64,000 bases of DNA from Candidatus Eiseniibacteriota bacterium (GCA_963707915.1 OY970178.1:3520001-3584000); one strand, 5' to 3'; shown: positions 29,150 to 39,861, counted from the stretch's first letter. Program-made: numbers and translations. Notes: a model not told the origin generated them from the sequence alone.

Positions 29150-30165
29150 GGATCGGCGTGGTGGTGTCGTGCTACCGGCAGGAGCGGTTCCTGGCGCGCA
29201 CCGTGGCGGCGCTCGAACGCGCGCTCGAAGGCGAGGACTGGCAGGGCGTGCTGGAGTTCGCCGCCCCGTCGGACGAGCCGCTGCCCCCGCACTGCGACCG
29301 CTGGCAGGTGATCCACAGCTTCGACCCGGTGACGCGCCGCCCGTCGCGGCCGCTCACCCCCGGCGCCGGCCGCATGCTGGGCTTCGCCGCGTGCGGCGGC
29401 GAGTGGGTCCTGTTCGTGGACTCCGACATGGAGCTCGACGCGGCCTGGGTGCGCGCGATCCTGGCGACCGCGGCGCGCGAGCCCGCGCTCGCCGGGATCG
29501 GTGGCCGGATCGAGGAGTGGTTCGTGGACGGCGCGACCGAGCGGCCCGGCAAGCACGACATGTACGGCACGGGCGACCGCGACCGCGCGGTGGGATACTT
29601 CGGAAACGTCGCCTTCTACCGGCGCGAGGCGCTGGCGGCCGCGGGCGGCTACGACGTGCGGCTCAGCTCGGACGAGGACTTCGAGCTGGGCATGCGGCTG
29701 CGCTGGCTGGGCTTCGAGTTGCGCTCGCTGGGCATGCGCGTCGGCCGGCACTGGAGCGCGCCGCGCCCGAGCTTCCCGGAGCTCGCCCGCCGCTGGCGCA
29801 CCGGGCTGTGTTTCGGGCAGGGGCAGGTGCTGCGGCTCTACCTCGGGCGCCGCGGCTTCGGCACGCTTCTCGCGCGGCAATGGCTCTACATCGCCACGCT
29901 CATGATCTGGTGGCTGGGGATGACCACGCTCGTGGCGGGACTCGTGTCCGGCGATCTGCTGGCGTTCGCGCGCTGGGGGACGTTCCTGCTGGCGCTGCTC
30001 GCCTTCATGACCGTCCGCAAGCGCAGCCCGCGGCTGGCCGTCCATTCGCTGCTCACCTGGACGCTGAACGGGCTCGGCATGCTGGTCGGCCTGACCCGGC
30101 CACCGCGCGCGGAACGAGCGGCGGCCGGGGCGCCCGGACCGGGCGGCGGGGGGGGCGCGTGCTGA
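29146..30165 (+). CDS. GT2 glycosyltransferase with C-terminal TM helices
   Basis: VVVSCYRQE, FVDSD, GGYD..L.SDEDFELG; ATGA overlap. Confidence 0.82.
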   Translation: MRIGVVVSCYRQERFLARTVAALERALEGEDWQGVLEFAAPSDEPLPPHCDRWQVIHSFDPVTRRPSRPLTPGAGRMLGFAACGGEWVLFVDSDMELDAAWVRAILATAAREPALAGIGGRIEEWFVDGATERPGKHDMYGTGDRDRAVGYFGNVAFYRREALAAAGGYDVRLSSDEDFELGMRLRWLGFELRSLGMRVGRHWSAPRPSFPELARRWRTGLCFGQGQVLRLYLGRRGFGTLLARQWLYIATLMIWWLGMTTLVAGLVSGDLLAFARWGTFLLALLAFMTVRKRSPRLAVHSLLTWTLNGLGMLVGLTRPPRAERAAAGAPGPGGGGGAC

Positions 30166-31379
30166 TCCACGCCGCCACCGACAACGACATCCACCCGCCG
30201 CTGTTCGGCGGCCCGCAGCGCACCTTCGGACTGCTTCGCGGCCTGGCCCGCCGGCACGAGGTCGAGGCGCTGTGCCTGGTACCGAACCGCAGCACCGCAC
30301 CGCCGGAGGAGGTCGCCGAAGGCGTGAGGCTGCTGCGCCGCAAGGCCTGGTACACGAGCGTGGTGTGGCGGCTCGAGCAGGCGCGGCTCGCCCCCATGTT
30401 CCTCGCGGCCGCCGGGCACACGGCCGCGGCGGGGGGCCTGGCGCGCGCGTTCACGCGGCCCGCGGCGGCGCTGCTCGCCGACCTGAACCTGTCCGGCATG
30501 TTCGGCGCGGACCCCGCGCCGCTCAAGGTCTATACTGCCCACAATGTCGAGCTCGACCACTTCCGCATGACCCGCTCCGACCTGGCGGTCCCCGCATTCT
30601 GGAGCGCGCGCCTGCAGGCCCTCGAGGCGCGCGCCGTGGAGCGCGCCGGGCTCACCGTGGTCTGCGGCGACGAGGACGCGGAGCGCATGCGGGAGCTCTA
30701 CGGGGCCCGGGACGAGTCCGTGGCGATCATCCCCAACGGGTTCGACGAGACGGTCATCCACGCGCCGCTCGCGGCGGAGCGCGTGCGTGCGCGCGCCGCC
30801 CTGGGCCTGGGCGAGCGCGAGTACGCGGCGCTCTTCGTGGGGTCGGACCACCCGCACAACCGTGCGGCGCTCGCGCTGCTGGTGGACCGCGTCATGCCGC
30901 CGCTGGCGGGGGAGGGCTTCCGGCTGCTGGTCGCGGGATCGGTCACCCGCTCGCTGGCCGGGCGGCGGGAGGGCTGGCTGATCGCGCGACCGCAGATGCC
31001 GGACCTCGCGCCGGTGCTCCACGCGGCGGACGCGGGCCTCAATCCCGCGATCACGGGCGGGGGCAGCAACGTGAAGCTCCCGACCTACCTGGCGGCCGGG
31101 CTCGCGGTGGTGAGCACGCCCTTCGGGATGCGCGGCTTCGCGTCGCTCCGGCCGTGGGTCGTGATCGCCGGGCTGGAGGGGCTCACCGAGGCGCTGCGCG
31201 CGCGCCCCGCCGGCTGGCTGGCGCGCGGGCTGCCGATGCCGGACGGGATCGCGGAGTACGCCTGGGGCAGGCTGGGCGAGCGGCTGGGCGAGACGCTGGA
31301 AGCGAAACGACGGGGTGCGGACATCCACGCGGTCCGCGGGGGCCCTGCGGCGCCGGCGGCGGGACGGGCGGGCGCATGA
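30159..31379 (+). CDS. GT4 glycosyltransferase
   Basis: PPLFGGPQR, TAHNVE, IPNGFD, FVGSDHPHN, GGSNVKLPTYLAAG. Confidence 0.85.
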   Translation: MLIHAATDNDIHPPLFGGPQRTFGLLRGLARRHEVEALCLVPNRSTAPPEEVAEGVRLLRRKAWYTSVVWRLEQARLAPMFLAAAGHTAAAGGLARAFTRPAAALLADLNLSGMFGADPAPLKVYTAHNVELDHFRMTRSDLAVPAFWSARLQALEARAVERAGLTVVCGDEDAERMRELYGARDESVAIIPNGFDETVIHAPLAAERVRARAALGLGEREYAALFVGSDHPHNRAALALLVDRVMPPLAGEGFRLLVAGSVTRSLAGRREGWLIARPQMPDLAPVLHAADAGLNPAITGGGSNVKLPTYLAAGLAVVSTPFGMRGFASLRPWVVIAGLEGLTEALRARPAGWLARGLPMPDGIAEYAWGRLGERLGETLEAKRRGADIHAVRGGPAAPAAGRAGA

Positions 31380-32485
31380 AGATCGCGATGATCGGGCAGA
31401 AGGGTGTCCCCGCCACCTACGGCGGGATCGAGCGCCACGTCGAGGAGATCGGGCGGCGGCTGGTGGCCATGGGGCACGAGGTGGACGTCTTCTGCCGGCT
31501 CCACTACACCGCGCCGGGGACGACCTGCCACAACATCCACCTGCTGCGGCGCCCGAGCCTGCACACCAAGCACTTCGACACCGTCACGCACGTGGCCTGG
31601 GCCACGGTCGAGTCCATGGTGCGACGCTACGACATCGTCCAGTTCCACGCCCTGGGACCGTCGGTGCTCTCGGGTCTGCCGCGGCTGAGAGGGGCCCGCA
31701 CCGTGGTCACCGTGCACGGCCTCGACTGGCAGCGCGAGAAGTGGGGCCGGACCGCGTCCTGGTTCCTCAAGCAGTGCGAGTGGCCGGCCGCCCACTTCCC
31801 CGACCGCACCATCGTGGTCTCGAAGACGCTGCGCGACTACTTCAACACCCATCACCATTGCGACGCCGCCTTCATCCCCAACGGCACGAACCTGCTGCCG
31901 GCCCGTCCGGCCCGCAAGATCCTGCAGCTCGGGCTCACGCCCGGGAAGTACGTGCTTTTCGTCGGACGCCTGGTGCCCGAGAAGGGCGTTCACTTCCTCT
32001 GCGAAGCGTTCTCGAAGATCGACACCGACATGAAGCTCGCGCTGGTCGGGGGCACCGCGGCCTCCGAGGACTACGTCAACCTCATCCGGGGCTACCAGAG
32101 CGACCGCATCCGGCTGCTCGACTACGTCTACGGCGAGGGGCTCGAGGAGCTGTGGAGCAACGCCTACCTGGTGGTGCAGCCCTCCACCATGGAAGGGCTG
32201 TCGATCGCGCTGCTCGAGGCGCTGTCCTACGGGCGCTGCGTGCTGCTCTCGGACATCCCCGAGAACCTCGAGGTGGCCGAGGAGTGCTCGGTGCCGTTCC
32301 GGAGTCGCGACGTCGAGGACCTGCGCGCCAAGCTCGAGATGCTTCTCCGCGACCCCGAGCGGGTCCGGAGCTTCGAGTCGAAGGCGCGCGAGCACATCCG
32401 CCAGCATTACTCGTGGGACCGCGTGGCGAAGAACACCGAGACCGTCTACCTCGAGCTGCTCGGGGGCCGCCGCCGGCGCGGCTAG
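31376..32485 (+). CDS. GT4 glycosyltransferase
   Basis: MKIAMIGQKGVPATYGGIE, TVHGLDWQREKW, VGRLVPEKG, EGLSIALLEA. Confidence 0.92.
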   Translation: MKIAMIGQKGVPATYGGIERHVEEIGRRLVAMGHEVDVFCRLHYTAPGTTCHNIHLLRRPSLHTKHFDTVTHVAWATVESMVRRYDIVQFHALGPSVLSGLPRLRGARTVVTVHGLDWQREKWGRTASWFLKQCEWPAAHFPDRTIVVSKTLRDYFNTHHHCDAAFIPNGTNLLPARPARKILQLGLTPGKYVLFVGRLVPEKGVHFLCEAFSKIDTDMKLALVGGTAASEDYVNLIRGYQSDRIRLLDYVYGEGLEELWSNAYLVVQPSTMEGLSIALLEALSYGRCVLLSDIPENLEVAEECSVPFRSRDVEDLRAKLEMLLRDPERVRSFESKAREHIRQHYSWDRVAKNTETVYLELLGGRRRRG

Positions 32486-32615
32486 TCATGCACCGCTTCC
32501 CGCGTCGGCGCCGTCCCGACGATCCTGGCCGGGGCTTGCGGGGACACGGCGTGCCGCGCGGCCGAGCCTTGCCGGGCCCCCGGGGGTGTGCTAGTCGTAC
32601 GCGACGGAGGCCCGA

Positions 32616-33680
32616 TTGACCCCATCCGCCGAGAAGCATTCCGTCCTGATCCTGGCCGGGGGCCGCGGCGAGCGCTTCTGGCCGTGGAGCCGTCCCGAAC
32701 GGCCGAAACAGCTCCTCCCGCTGGCCCGCGGTGGCCGCACCCTGCTGGGCGCCACGCTCGACCGTGCCCTGCGCCTGGTCCCGCGCGAGCGCGTGCTCAT
32801 CCTCACCGCGCGCGACCTGGTCGAGGCGGTGCGCGCCGAGTGCCCGGGCGTGCCCGTGGTCGGGGAACCGGTCCCGCGCAACACCGCGCCGGCCATCGGC
32901 GCGGCGGCCGCGTGGTTCCAGGCCATGGGCTCCGGCGCCTTCATGGTGCTGCCGTCCGACCACCTCATCGACGACCTCGACGCCTTCGTCGCCGACGCCA
33001 CGCGGGCCTTTGCGGCCGCCGCGGACGAGCGCGTGCTGCTCACCTTCGGCATCCCGGTGTCCGGCCCCGACACCAACTTCGGCTACATCCAGCGGGGCGC
33101 GAGCGCGGGTCCCCGGCTCCACCGCGTGGCGCGTTTCACCGAGAAGCCGGACCGCGCCACCGCCGAGCGGTACGTGGCGGGCGGGGAGCACCTGTGGAAC
33201 AGCGGGATGTTCGTCTGGCGCCCCGACGTCTTCCTGGATGCGCTCGAGGCGGGTCGGCCGGCCCTGGCCGCCCCGCTGCGTGCGCTCGCGGCGCACGGCG
33301 GCGACGAGCGGGCGTTCGAGCGCGCGCTCGAGCCGGTGTTCGCCGGTCTCGAGGCGATCTCGGTGGATTACGCCGTGCTCGAGCGCGCCCCCAACACGCT
33401 GGTGCTCGAGGCCGCCTTCGACTGGGACGACCTGGGCTCGTGGGGCGCCTGGGCGCGCCGGCAGCCCCGCGACGGGCGCGGCAACGTGCGGTTCGGCGAC
33501 GCGGTGGCGGTGGACTGCGAGCGCTGCATCGTGGTGGGTGAGGGCGGCACCGCCGCCGCGCTCGGCCTCGAGGACATGGTGGTGGTGCACGTGGGCGACT
33601 CGACGCTCGTGTGCCGGCTGACGGACACCGATCGCGTGCGCCAGGTGAGCGAGGCGGTGCGCGACCGGGGGGCCCGGTGA
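32616..33680 (+). CDS. manC: Mannose-1-phosphate guanylyltransferase (no PMI domain)
   Basis: ILAGGRGERFWPWSR..PKQ, EP..RNTAPA, LPSDH, FTEKP, WNSGMF, ISVDYA, WDDLGSW. Confidence 0.9.
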   Translation: MTPSAEKHSVLILAGGRGERFWPWSRPERPKQLLPLARGGRTLLGATLDRALRLVPRERVLILTARDLVEAVRAECPGVPVVGEPVPRNTAPAIGAAAAWFQAMGSGAFMVLPSDHLIDDLDAFVADATRAFAAAADERVLLTFGIPVSGPDTNFGYIQRGASAGPRLHRVARFTEKPDRATAERYVAGGEHLWNSGMFVWRPDVFLDALEAGRPALAAPLRALAAHGGDERAFERALEPVFAGLEAISVDYAVLERAPNTLVLEAAFDWDDLGSWGAWARRQPRDGRGNVRFGDAVAVDCERCIVVGEGGTAAALGLEDMVVVHVGDSTLVCRLTDTDRVRQVSEAVRDRGAR

Positions 33681-34366
33681 GCCGCGCCATCCGCGCGGTC
33701 GCGGCGCCGCTGGTGCTGGGGGCCCTGCTCGCGCTGGCCGGTTGCGCCAGCGTGCCGCCCTACGCGCCTCCGGCGGCACGTGCACCGGGTACGACGGCGC
33801 GCGAGGCGCCCGCGTCGAGGCCGGCGCCGGCGCCGCAGTCCGCGGCGTCCCCGACGGATAGCACCCCCTCGCGCGACGCGCTGGACGTGCTGGCCTCCAT
33901 CCCCGAGCCGCTCGCGCCGGGTGAGCGGGTGCCTCCCCCGGAGGTCGCGCCGGTCCCGGCGGCGGACGACAGCGGCAGCGCCGACGTGCCCGTGCCGGCG
34001 CCCACCCCCGTGCTCGGCGAGCGGCCGCTGCCCGGGGTGCTGGCGCCCGCGGACACGAGCGCGCCGCCGGCCGCTCCAGCGCCGCGCGCGTTGCTCGCGC
34101 CGTCGCCCGCCGCGCCGGTCCCGGCCGCGGCGGACACCTGCTGGCGCGTGCAGATCACCGCCTCGGCCGGGCGGGCGAAGGCGGAGCGCTATCTCCAGGC
34201 GGGCCGGTCCCAGTTGCTCGTTCCCCTGCAGGTCGAGGCCGAGAAGGGGCTGTTCAAGGTGCGCACGCGCGACTGCATGGACGGGGCGGCGGCCGACGCG
34301 CTGCGCCGGCGCGCACTCGACGCGGGCTTTGGCGGGGCGTTCCGATTCCGGGGGAAGCGGCCGTGA
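33677..34366 (+). CDS. Pro-rich lipoprotein with C-terminal SPOR-like domain
   Basis: lipobox LAGC, Pro/Ala linker, WRVQITA...FKVR...GFGGAF. Confidence 0.7.
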   Translation: MSRAIRAVAAPLVLGALLALAGCASVPPYAPPAARAPGTTAREAPASRPAPAPQSAASPTDSTPSRDALDVLASIPEPLAPGERVPPPEVAPVPAADDSGSADVPVPAPTPVLGERPLPGVLAPADTSAPPAAPAPRALLAPSPAAPVPAAADTCWRVQITASAGRAKAERYLQAGRSQLLVPLQVEAEKGLFKVRTRDCMDGAAADALRRRALDAGFGGAFRFRGKRP

Positions 34367-35631
34367 CACGTCACCTGGTGCTCTACGAAGACCCGCGCTG
34401 GGAGCGGTTGAGCCCGGTGGCCGACCTGCTCCCCGTGCCCGGCCTGCGCTTCGGCGCTTCGACGCTGGGGGCCCGCTGGGTCGGCGCGCTGGGCTTGCCG
34501 CTGCTCGCGATCGAAGCGCGCGCGGAGGTGCTGGCGGCGTGGCGCGAGCCGCTCGCGCTCGCGCCGGGAAGACCCGCGGCGGACGACGAGGTGCTGGTCG
34601 TGAATGCGGCGGCGCTGCCCGGCGGATGGCTCGCCGCCCTGGTCGAGTCCGGCCCCCCCGCGTCGTTCGTGGCGGACGGGGAGCTGGTGGCCGCGCGCCT
34701 GCGTCTCGGCGCGCTCGGGCCCTGCCTGGGAGCGGGTGCCGCGTTCGAGGGCCGGCTGGCGGACCTGGGCCTGGCGCGCGTCGACGTGGAGGCCGCCGCG
34801 CTGCGCTGGCCGTGGGACCTGGTCCGGCACAATCCCGCCGCGCTCGCGGCCGACCTCGCCGGGTTGCCCGGGCGCATCGCGGGAACGGTGGACCCGGGCG
34901 CGGCGCTGCTGGAGCGCGGGCGCATCATCGTCGAGGCCGGCGCCCGCGTGGATCCCTTCGCGGTGCTGGACGCGCGCGGTGGCCCGGTGCTGATCGGGCG
35001 TGACGCCGTGGTGCTGTCGCACAGCGCGGTGGTGGGCCCGTGCGCGATCGGCGCGGGCACCCACGTGCTGGGAGGCGTCGTGGGCCACTCGAGCGTCGGC
35101 CCGGAGTGCCGCCTCGCCGGCGAGGTGGAGGACAGCGTCTGGCAGGGCTGGGCCAACAAGCGGCACCACGGCTTCGTCGGGCACAGCGTGGTGGGCGAGT
35201 GGGTGAACCTCGGGGCGCTCACCACCACCAGCGACCTCAAGAACAACTACGGCCCGGTGCGGGTCTGGGCCGCGGGCAACGAGCGCGACAGCGGCTCGAA
35301 CAAGGTCGGCTCCATCCTCGGCTCCCACGTCAAGACCGGCATCGGAACGCTGCTGCCGACCGGGTGCTCGATCGGCGCGGGCTCGAACCTCTTCGGCGGC
35401 GGCCGGTTCGCTCCGAAGCGCCTGCCGGCGTTCTCGTGGTGGGACGGCGAGCGCACGGTCGAGCACCGCATCGAGGCCTTCCTCGAGACCGCCGCCGTCG
35501 CGATGGGCCGCCGCGCGGTCACCCTGCAGCCGGCCGACGCCGCGCTGCTGCGCGGCCTGTGCGCCGCGAGCGCGGGCGAGCGGGAGCGCCGGATGGCGAA
35601 GGAGTCCGAGGTCCGGCCCGGCCGGACCTGA
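34363..35631 (+). CDS. GlmU-like sugar nucleotidyltransferase/acetyltransferase (alternative GlmU family)
   Basis: hexapeptide repeats, NKRHHGFVGHSVVGEWVNLGALTTTSDLKNNYG, KVGSILG. Confidence 0.8.
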   Translation: MTRHLVLYEDPRWERLSPVADLLPVPGLRFGASTLGARWVGALGLPLLAIEARAEVLAAWREPLALAPGRPAADDEVLVVNAAALPGGWLAALVESGPPASFVADGELVAARLRLGALGPCLGAGAAFEGRLADLGLARVDVEAAALRWPWDLVRHNPAALAADLAGLPGRIAGTVDPGAALLERGRIIVEAGARVDPFAVLDARGGPVLIGRDAVVLSHSAVVGPCAIGAGTHVLGGVVGHSSVGPECRLAGEVEDSVWQGWANKRHHGFVGHSVVGEWVNLGALTTTSDLKNNYGPVRVWAAGNERDSGSNKVGSILGSHVKTGIGTLLPTGCSIGAGSNLFGGGRFAPKRLPAFSWWDGERTVEHRIEAFLETAAVAMGRRAVTLQPADAALLRGLCAASAGERERRMAKESEVRPGRT

Positions 35632-35664
35632 CGGCGCGGGCCGGGGCCGCGGTCCGCGTTGACC

Positions 35665-35694
35665 TTGACCCGGACGCACGCGCATCACTAGACT
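35665..35694 (+). promoter_or_regulatory. Putative promoter of galT-like/glgA
   Basis: TTGACC-N18-TAGACT. Confidence 0.6.
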
Positions 35695-35773
35695 GCATCA
35701 CTCTTTCTGACTCCCGCTCCCCGGTCGGGCCCGGCTGGGGGACGGCGGCAGCCGTGGAATCTCGGAGAAGCTC

Positions 35774-36787
35774 ATGCCGGAATTGCGCAAGGATCCGGTG
35801 GTCGGCCGGTGGGTGATCATCTCCACCGATCGCAGCCGCCGTCCCACCAACTTCACGCCGGTCCGGGTCGAGAAGACCACGAGCTTCTGCCCCTTCTGCC
35901 CCGGGCAGGAGGACAAGACCCCGCCCGAGGTCTACGCCTGCCGCCAGAACGGCGGCGGACCCAACAGCGCGGGGTGGAAGGTGCGGGTGGTCCCCAACAA
36001 GTTCCCGGCCCTGCAGATCGAGGGAGCCCTCGACCGCCGCGGCGAGGGACTCTACGACAAGATGAACGGCGTGGGCGCCCACGAGGTCGTGATCGAGGGG
36101 CCGGCCCACGGCACGGACCTGGCGGACCTGCCGGTGGAGCACCTGGTGGAGGTGCTCAAGGCCTACCGCGAGCGCATGATGGACCTGCACCGCGACCGGC
36201 GCTTCCGCTACGTCCTCATCTTCAAGAACCACGGCGCCGGCGCCGGCGCCACGCTCGAGCACACCCACACGCAGCTCATCGCCACACCCATCATCCCGAA
36301 GATCCTGATGGAGGAGCTGGAGGGCGCGCGACGCTACCACGAGCTCAAGGAACGCTGCGTGTTCTGCGACATCATCCAGCAGGACACCGCCGACCACAAC
36401 GGGCGGCGGGTCGTGGTCATGAGCGATCGATTCCTGACGATCGAGCCCTTCGCCCCGCGCTTCCCGTTCGAGACCTGGATCCTGCCGCGCCGTCACGACT
36501 CCTCGTTCCAGGTCGTGCAGGACGACGACGAGTTCAAGGATCTCGCGAAGATCCTCAAGGACACGCTGGGCCGCCTCAATCGCGCGCTCGACCGGCCGCC
36601 CTACAACTTCGTGATCCACACCGCTCCGGTGACCGAGGGCGAGCTGGAGTACTTCCACTGGCACCTCGAGATCATGCCCGTGCTCACGCGGGTGGCGGGT
36701 TTCGAGATCGGTTCGGGCTTCTACATCAACCCGACGCCGCCCGAGGACGCCGCGCAGTACCTCAGGGAGATCGCGGTCGAGGACTGA
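35774..36787 (+). CDS. galT: Galactose-1-phosphate uridylyltransferase family (GalT-like) protein
   Basis: ELRKDP...WVII, CPFCPG, NKFPAL, GAHEVVIE, FKNHG..AGATLEHTHTQ. Confidence 0.85.
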   Translation: MPELRKDPVVGRWVIISTDRSRRPTNFTPVRVEKTTSFCPFCPGQEDKTPPEVYACRQNGGGPNSAGWKVRVVPNKFPALQIEGALDRRGEGLYDKMNGVGAHEVVIEGPAHGTDLADLPVEHLVEVLKAYRERMMDLHRDRRFRYVLIFKNHGAGAGATLEHTHTQLIATPIIPKILMEELEGARRYHELKERCVFCDIIQQDTADHNGRRVVVMSDRFLTIEPFAPRFPFETWILPRRHDSSFQVVQDDDEFKDLAKILKDTLGRLNRALDRPPYNFVIHTAPVTEGELEYFHWHLEIMPVLTRVAGFEIGSGFYINPTPPEDAAQYLREIAVED

Positions 36788-36830
36788 CCGGCTTCCCAGG
36801 ACCCCCGTTGACCCATCCCCGCCGCAGGAC

Positions 36831-38381
36831 ATGAACCGCCACGCCCTGGCGGTGGCGCATCTCGCCAGCGAGATGGCGCCGCTCGTGAAGGTCGGCGGTC
36901 TCGGCGACGTCGTCGGCTCGCTCGCCGCCGAGCAGGCGCGCCGCGGCCACCGCGTCACGGTCTGCGTGCCCGCCTACCGCACGCTGGCAGTCCCCGCGGG
37001 CTGGGACCGCGCGGGCCTCGCCGGCGCCGACGTGCCGTGGGGGATGGGCCGCGAGCGCGCCCGCTTCGAGTTGCTGCACGCGCCGGCCCGCGCCGGTGTT
37101 CCGGGGACGCTGCGCGTGCTGCTGGTCGGACATGCCGGGGAGCGGGGCTTCTTCGACCGGCCCGGCGTCTACACCGAGCCGGAGACCGGGGCGGGCTACC
37201 CCGACAACGCCGAGCGCTTCCTGTTCTTCGCCCGCGCCGCCCTCGAGGGCCTCAAGGCGCTGCGCGAGCCGGTGGACGTCCTGCACGCGCACGACCAGCA
37301 GGCGGCCTGGGCCCCGTGCTTCGTGCGCACCCTCGAGCAGCGCGCCCGGATCTTCCGCGGCACCGCCACGGTCTTCACCGTCCACAACCTCGGCTACCAG
37401 GGCATCCACGACTCGTGGGTGCTGGGGCTGGCGGGGTTCCCGGGGCACCTGTTCCACGCGGCGAGCCCGTTCGAGTTCTGGGGGCGGGTCAACTACATGA
37501 AGGTCGGTCTCGCCTTCGCCGATCTGCTCTCGACCGTGAGCCCGCGCTACGCGGAGGAGATCCAGCAGGACGACGAGTACGGCTTCGGGCTGGAGGGCGT
37601 GCTGCAGCGCCGCGGCGCGGACCTGCGCGGCATCCTCAACGGCATCGACGAGGAAGTCTGGGACCCGGCGCACGACCCGTTCCTGCCGCGGCCCTACGAC
37701 GCCGGGCACCTCGAGGGCAAGCGCGCCAGCCATGGGGCGCTGGCGGCCGAGTGCGGCTTCCAGCCCGGGCGGCCCATCGTGGGGATGGTGACGCGGCTCG
37801 TCGACCAGAAGGGCCTCGACCTGGTCGAGGAGGCTGCGCCGGAGCTGCTGGGGCTCAACGCGAACTACGTCGTGCTGGGGAACGGCCAGTCGCGCTACGA
37901 GGAGCTGCTCGAGCACCTCATGCTCGACCACCCCGGGCGCCTGCACTTCTGCGCGCGGCAGGACGAGCGCCTCGCGCACCTGATCGAGGGCGGCTCCGAC
38001 CTGTTCCTGATGCCCTCGCGCTACGAGCCCTGCGGCCTGAACCAGATGTACTCGCTGCGTTACGGCACGGTGCCCGTGGTGCGCGAGACCGGCGGGCTGG
38101 CGGACACGGTCGAGGAGTTCGACATCGGCACGCGGCAGGGCACCGGCTTCCTCTTCGGCCCCTACGAAGCCGGTGCCATGGTGGGGGCGCTCAAGCGCGC
38201 GCTCGCCATCCAGAAGCAGCCGGAGCTCTGGCAGGCCTTGCAGCTGAACGGCATGGCCCGCGACTTCTCCTGGCGCGCCAGCGCCGACGGCTACGACCGG
38301 CTCTACCAGGACGCGCTCGAGCGCGTGCGCGCCGGCAAGGTCCCCACGCTCGAGTCGGTGAAGCTGGCGCTGAAAGTGTAG
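36831..38381 (+). CDS. glgA: Glycogen synthase
   Basis: SEMAPLVKVGGLGDV, YPDNAERF, TVHNLGYQG, GILNGID, PSRYEPCGLNQMY. Confidence 0.95.
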   Translation: MNRHALAVAHLASEMAPLVKVGGLGDVVGSLAAEQARRGHRVTVCVPAYRTLAVPAGWDRAGLAGADVPWGMGRERARFELLHAPARAGVPGTLRVLLVGHAGERGFFDRPGVYTEPETGAGYPDNAERFLFFARAALEGLKALREPVDVLHAHDQQAAWAPCFVRTLEQRARIFRGTATVFTVHNLGYQGIHDSWVLGLAGFPGHLFHAASPFEFWGRVNYMKVGLAFADLLSTVSPRYAEEIQQDDEYGFGLEGVLQRRGADLRGILNGIDEEVWDPAHDPFLPRPYDAGHLEGKRASHGALAAECGFQPGRPIVGMVTRLVDQKGLDLVEEAAPELLGLNANYVVLGNGQSRYEELLEHLMLDHPGRLHFCARQDERLAHLIEGGSDLFLMPSRYEPCGLNQMYSLRYGTVPVVRETGGLADTVEEFDIGTRQGTGFLFGPYEAGAMVGALKRALAIQKQPELWQALQLNGMARDFSWRASADGYDRLYQDALERVRAGKVPTLESVKLALKV

Positions 38382-38403
38382 CCGGGGCCCGGCCCGGGCC
38401 CGC

Positions 38404-39231
38404 TCAGCGGGGGATCAGCAGCCGCGCCCCGACCGAGGCGAGTGCCACGGCCAGGCCCACCATGATCCATCGTCCGCGGACCCGGGACGAGAGCCACGCC
38501 CCGGCCTGCGCGCCGACCAGCACGCCCGCGGCGAGCGGCACGATGCGGCCGAGGGCGGCGCCCAGGCCGCCCTGCGTGCCGTGGACGAGGACGGCCGCCA
38601 GCGCCAGCAGGGCGAGCACGAAATGCGAAGTGGCCGTCGCGACATGCGTGGGGAAGCCCAGCACGTAGACCATCAGCGGCACGTGGATGATGCCGCCCCC
38701 GATCCCGAGCAGGCTCGAGACGAAGCCCACCCCGACGCTCAGCAACGCGCCGAGCCCCACGCGCGGCGAGTAGACGTGCACCGTGCCGTCCCGCTCGACG
38801 AGCGAACGCGTCCCGCCCGGCGGGGTCCCCCGCGTCCCGGGCTGCGGCCGCAGCAGGACGAGTCCCGCCGGGAGCACCAGCACGCCCCCCAGCAGGGGAT
38901 CGAACACGCGCCGGTCCAGGGTGCGGGTCGCGAAGGCCCCGAGGACCGCCCCGGGCAGGCCGGCCAGGGCGAACGCCAGGCCGGCCCGGAAGTCGATGCG
39001 GCGCATCCGCGCGTAGGCGAGCGATCCGGAGGCCGCGTTCGCGAACACGACCGTCAGGGAGATGGCGGCCAGCAGCGCGGGAGGGTCGTGCGGATACAGG
39101 ATCGCGAGGAGCGGCAGCAGCAGGAAGCCCCCGCCGGCGCCGATGAGGGTGCCGAGGGCCCCCACCAGGATGCCCAGCAGGGCCAGCCCGATCGCGTGAG
39201 AGGGTTCCCTCGTGCCTTGCGAGTCTAGCAC
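38404..39231 (-). CDS. Sulfite exporter TauE/SafE (TSUP) family protein
   Basis: [14 protein letters not shown] and [14 protein letters not shown] repeats, ATATS; start uncertain. Confidence 0.85.
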   Translation of the reverse strand: MLDSQGTREPSHAIGLALLGILVGALGTLIGAGGGFLLLPLLAILYPHDPPALLAAISLTVVFANAASGSLAYARMRRIDFRAGLAFALAGLPGAVLGAFATRTLDRRVFDPLLGGVLVLPAGLVLLRPQPGTRGTPPGGTRSLVERDGTVHVYSPRVGLGALLSVGVGFVSSLLGIGGGIIHVPLMVYVLGFPTHVATATSHFVLALLALAAVLVHGTQGGLGAALGRIVPLAAGVLVGAQAGAWLSSRVRGRWIMVGLAVALASVGARLLIPR

Positions 39232-39374
39232 GCCGCGGCCCGGACGGGCCGGGCCGCGGGCCCCGGGAGCCCGCCGTCACCGCGGGGATCCCGGGCCTTC
39301 CGGCACGCATCCATACGGAGCGGGTCGTCTGGCCGTCGTTCGCCCCGTTCACCGGTGGCAGGGGGGAGTGCCCG

Positions 39375-39848
39375 ATGCAGAGGATCGTTCCGTTCCTGTG
39401 GTTCGACGACCGCGCCGAGGAGGCGGCGAACTTCTACGTCTCCCTGTTCAGGGACTCCCGGGTCCTGGGTGTGGCGCGATATGGAGAGGCGGGCCCGGGC
39501 CCGAAGGGCAGCGTGATGATGGTCACCTTCCAGCTCGAGGGGCAGGACTTCTACGCGCTCAACGGCGGGCCCCAGTTCCCCTTCACGCCCGCGGTTTCGC
39601 TGTTCGTGAACTGCGAGACCCAGGCGGAGGTGGACGAGCTGTGGGACAAGCTCTCCGCGGGCGGGGCGCCGAACCAGTGCGGCTGGCTGCAGGACAGGTT
39701 CGGACTGTCGTGGCAGATCGTCCCCACGGTCCTGGGCAGGCTGATGCAGGACCAGGACCCGGAGAAGTCGCAGCGGGTCATGAAGGCGATGCTCCAGATG
39801 CGCAAGCTCGACGTCGCCGGCCTGCAGCGGGCCTACGAGCAGGAGTAG
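39375..39848 (+). CDS. VOC family protein (PhnB / 3-demethylubiquinone-9 3-methyltransferase-like)
   Basis: [37 protein letters not shown]. Confidence 0.9.
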   Translation: MQRIVPFLWFDDRAEEAANFYVSLFRDSRVLGVARYGEAGPGPKGSVMMVTFQLEGQDFYALNGGPQFPFTPAVSLFVNCETQAEVDELWDKLSAGGAPNQCGWLQDRFGLSWQIVPTVLGRLMQDQDPEKSQRVMKAMLQMRKLDVAGLQRAYEQE

Positions 39849-39861
39849 ACCGCCCCCCCGC

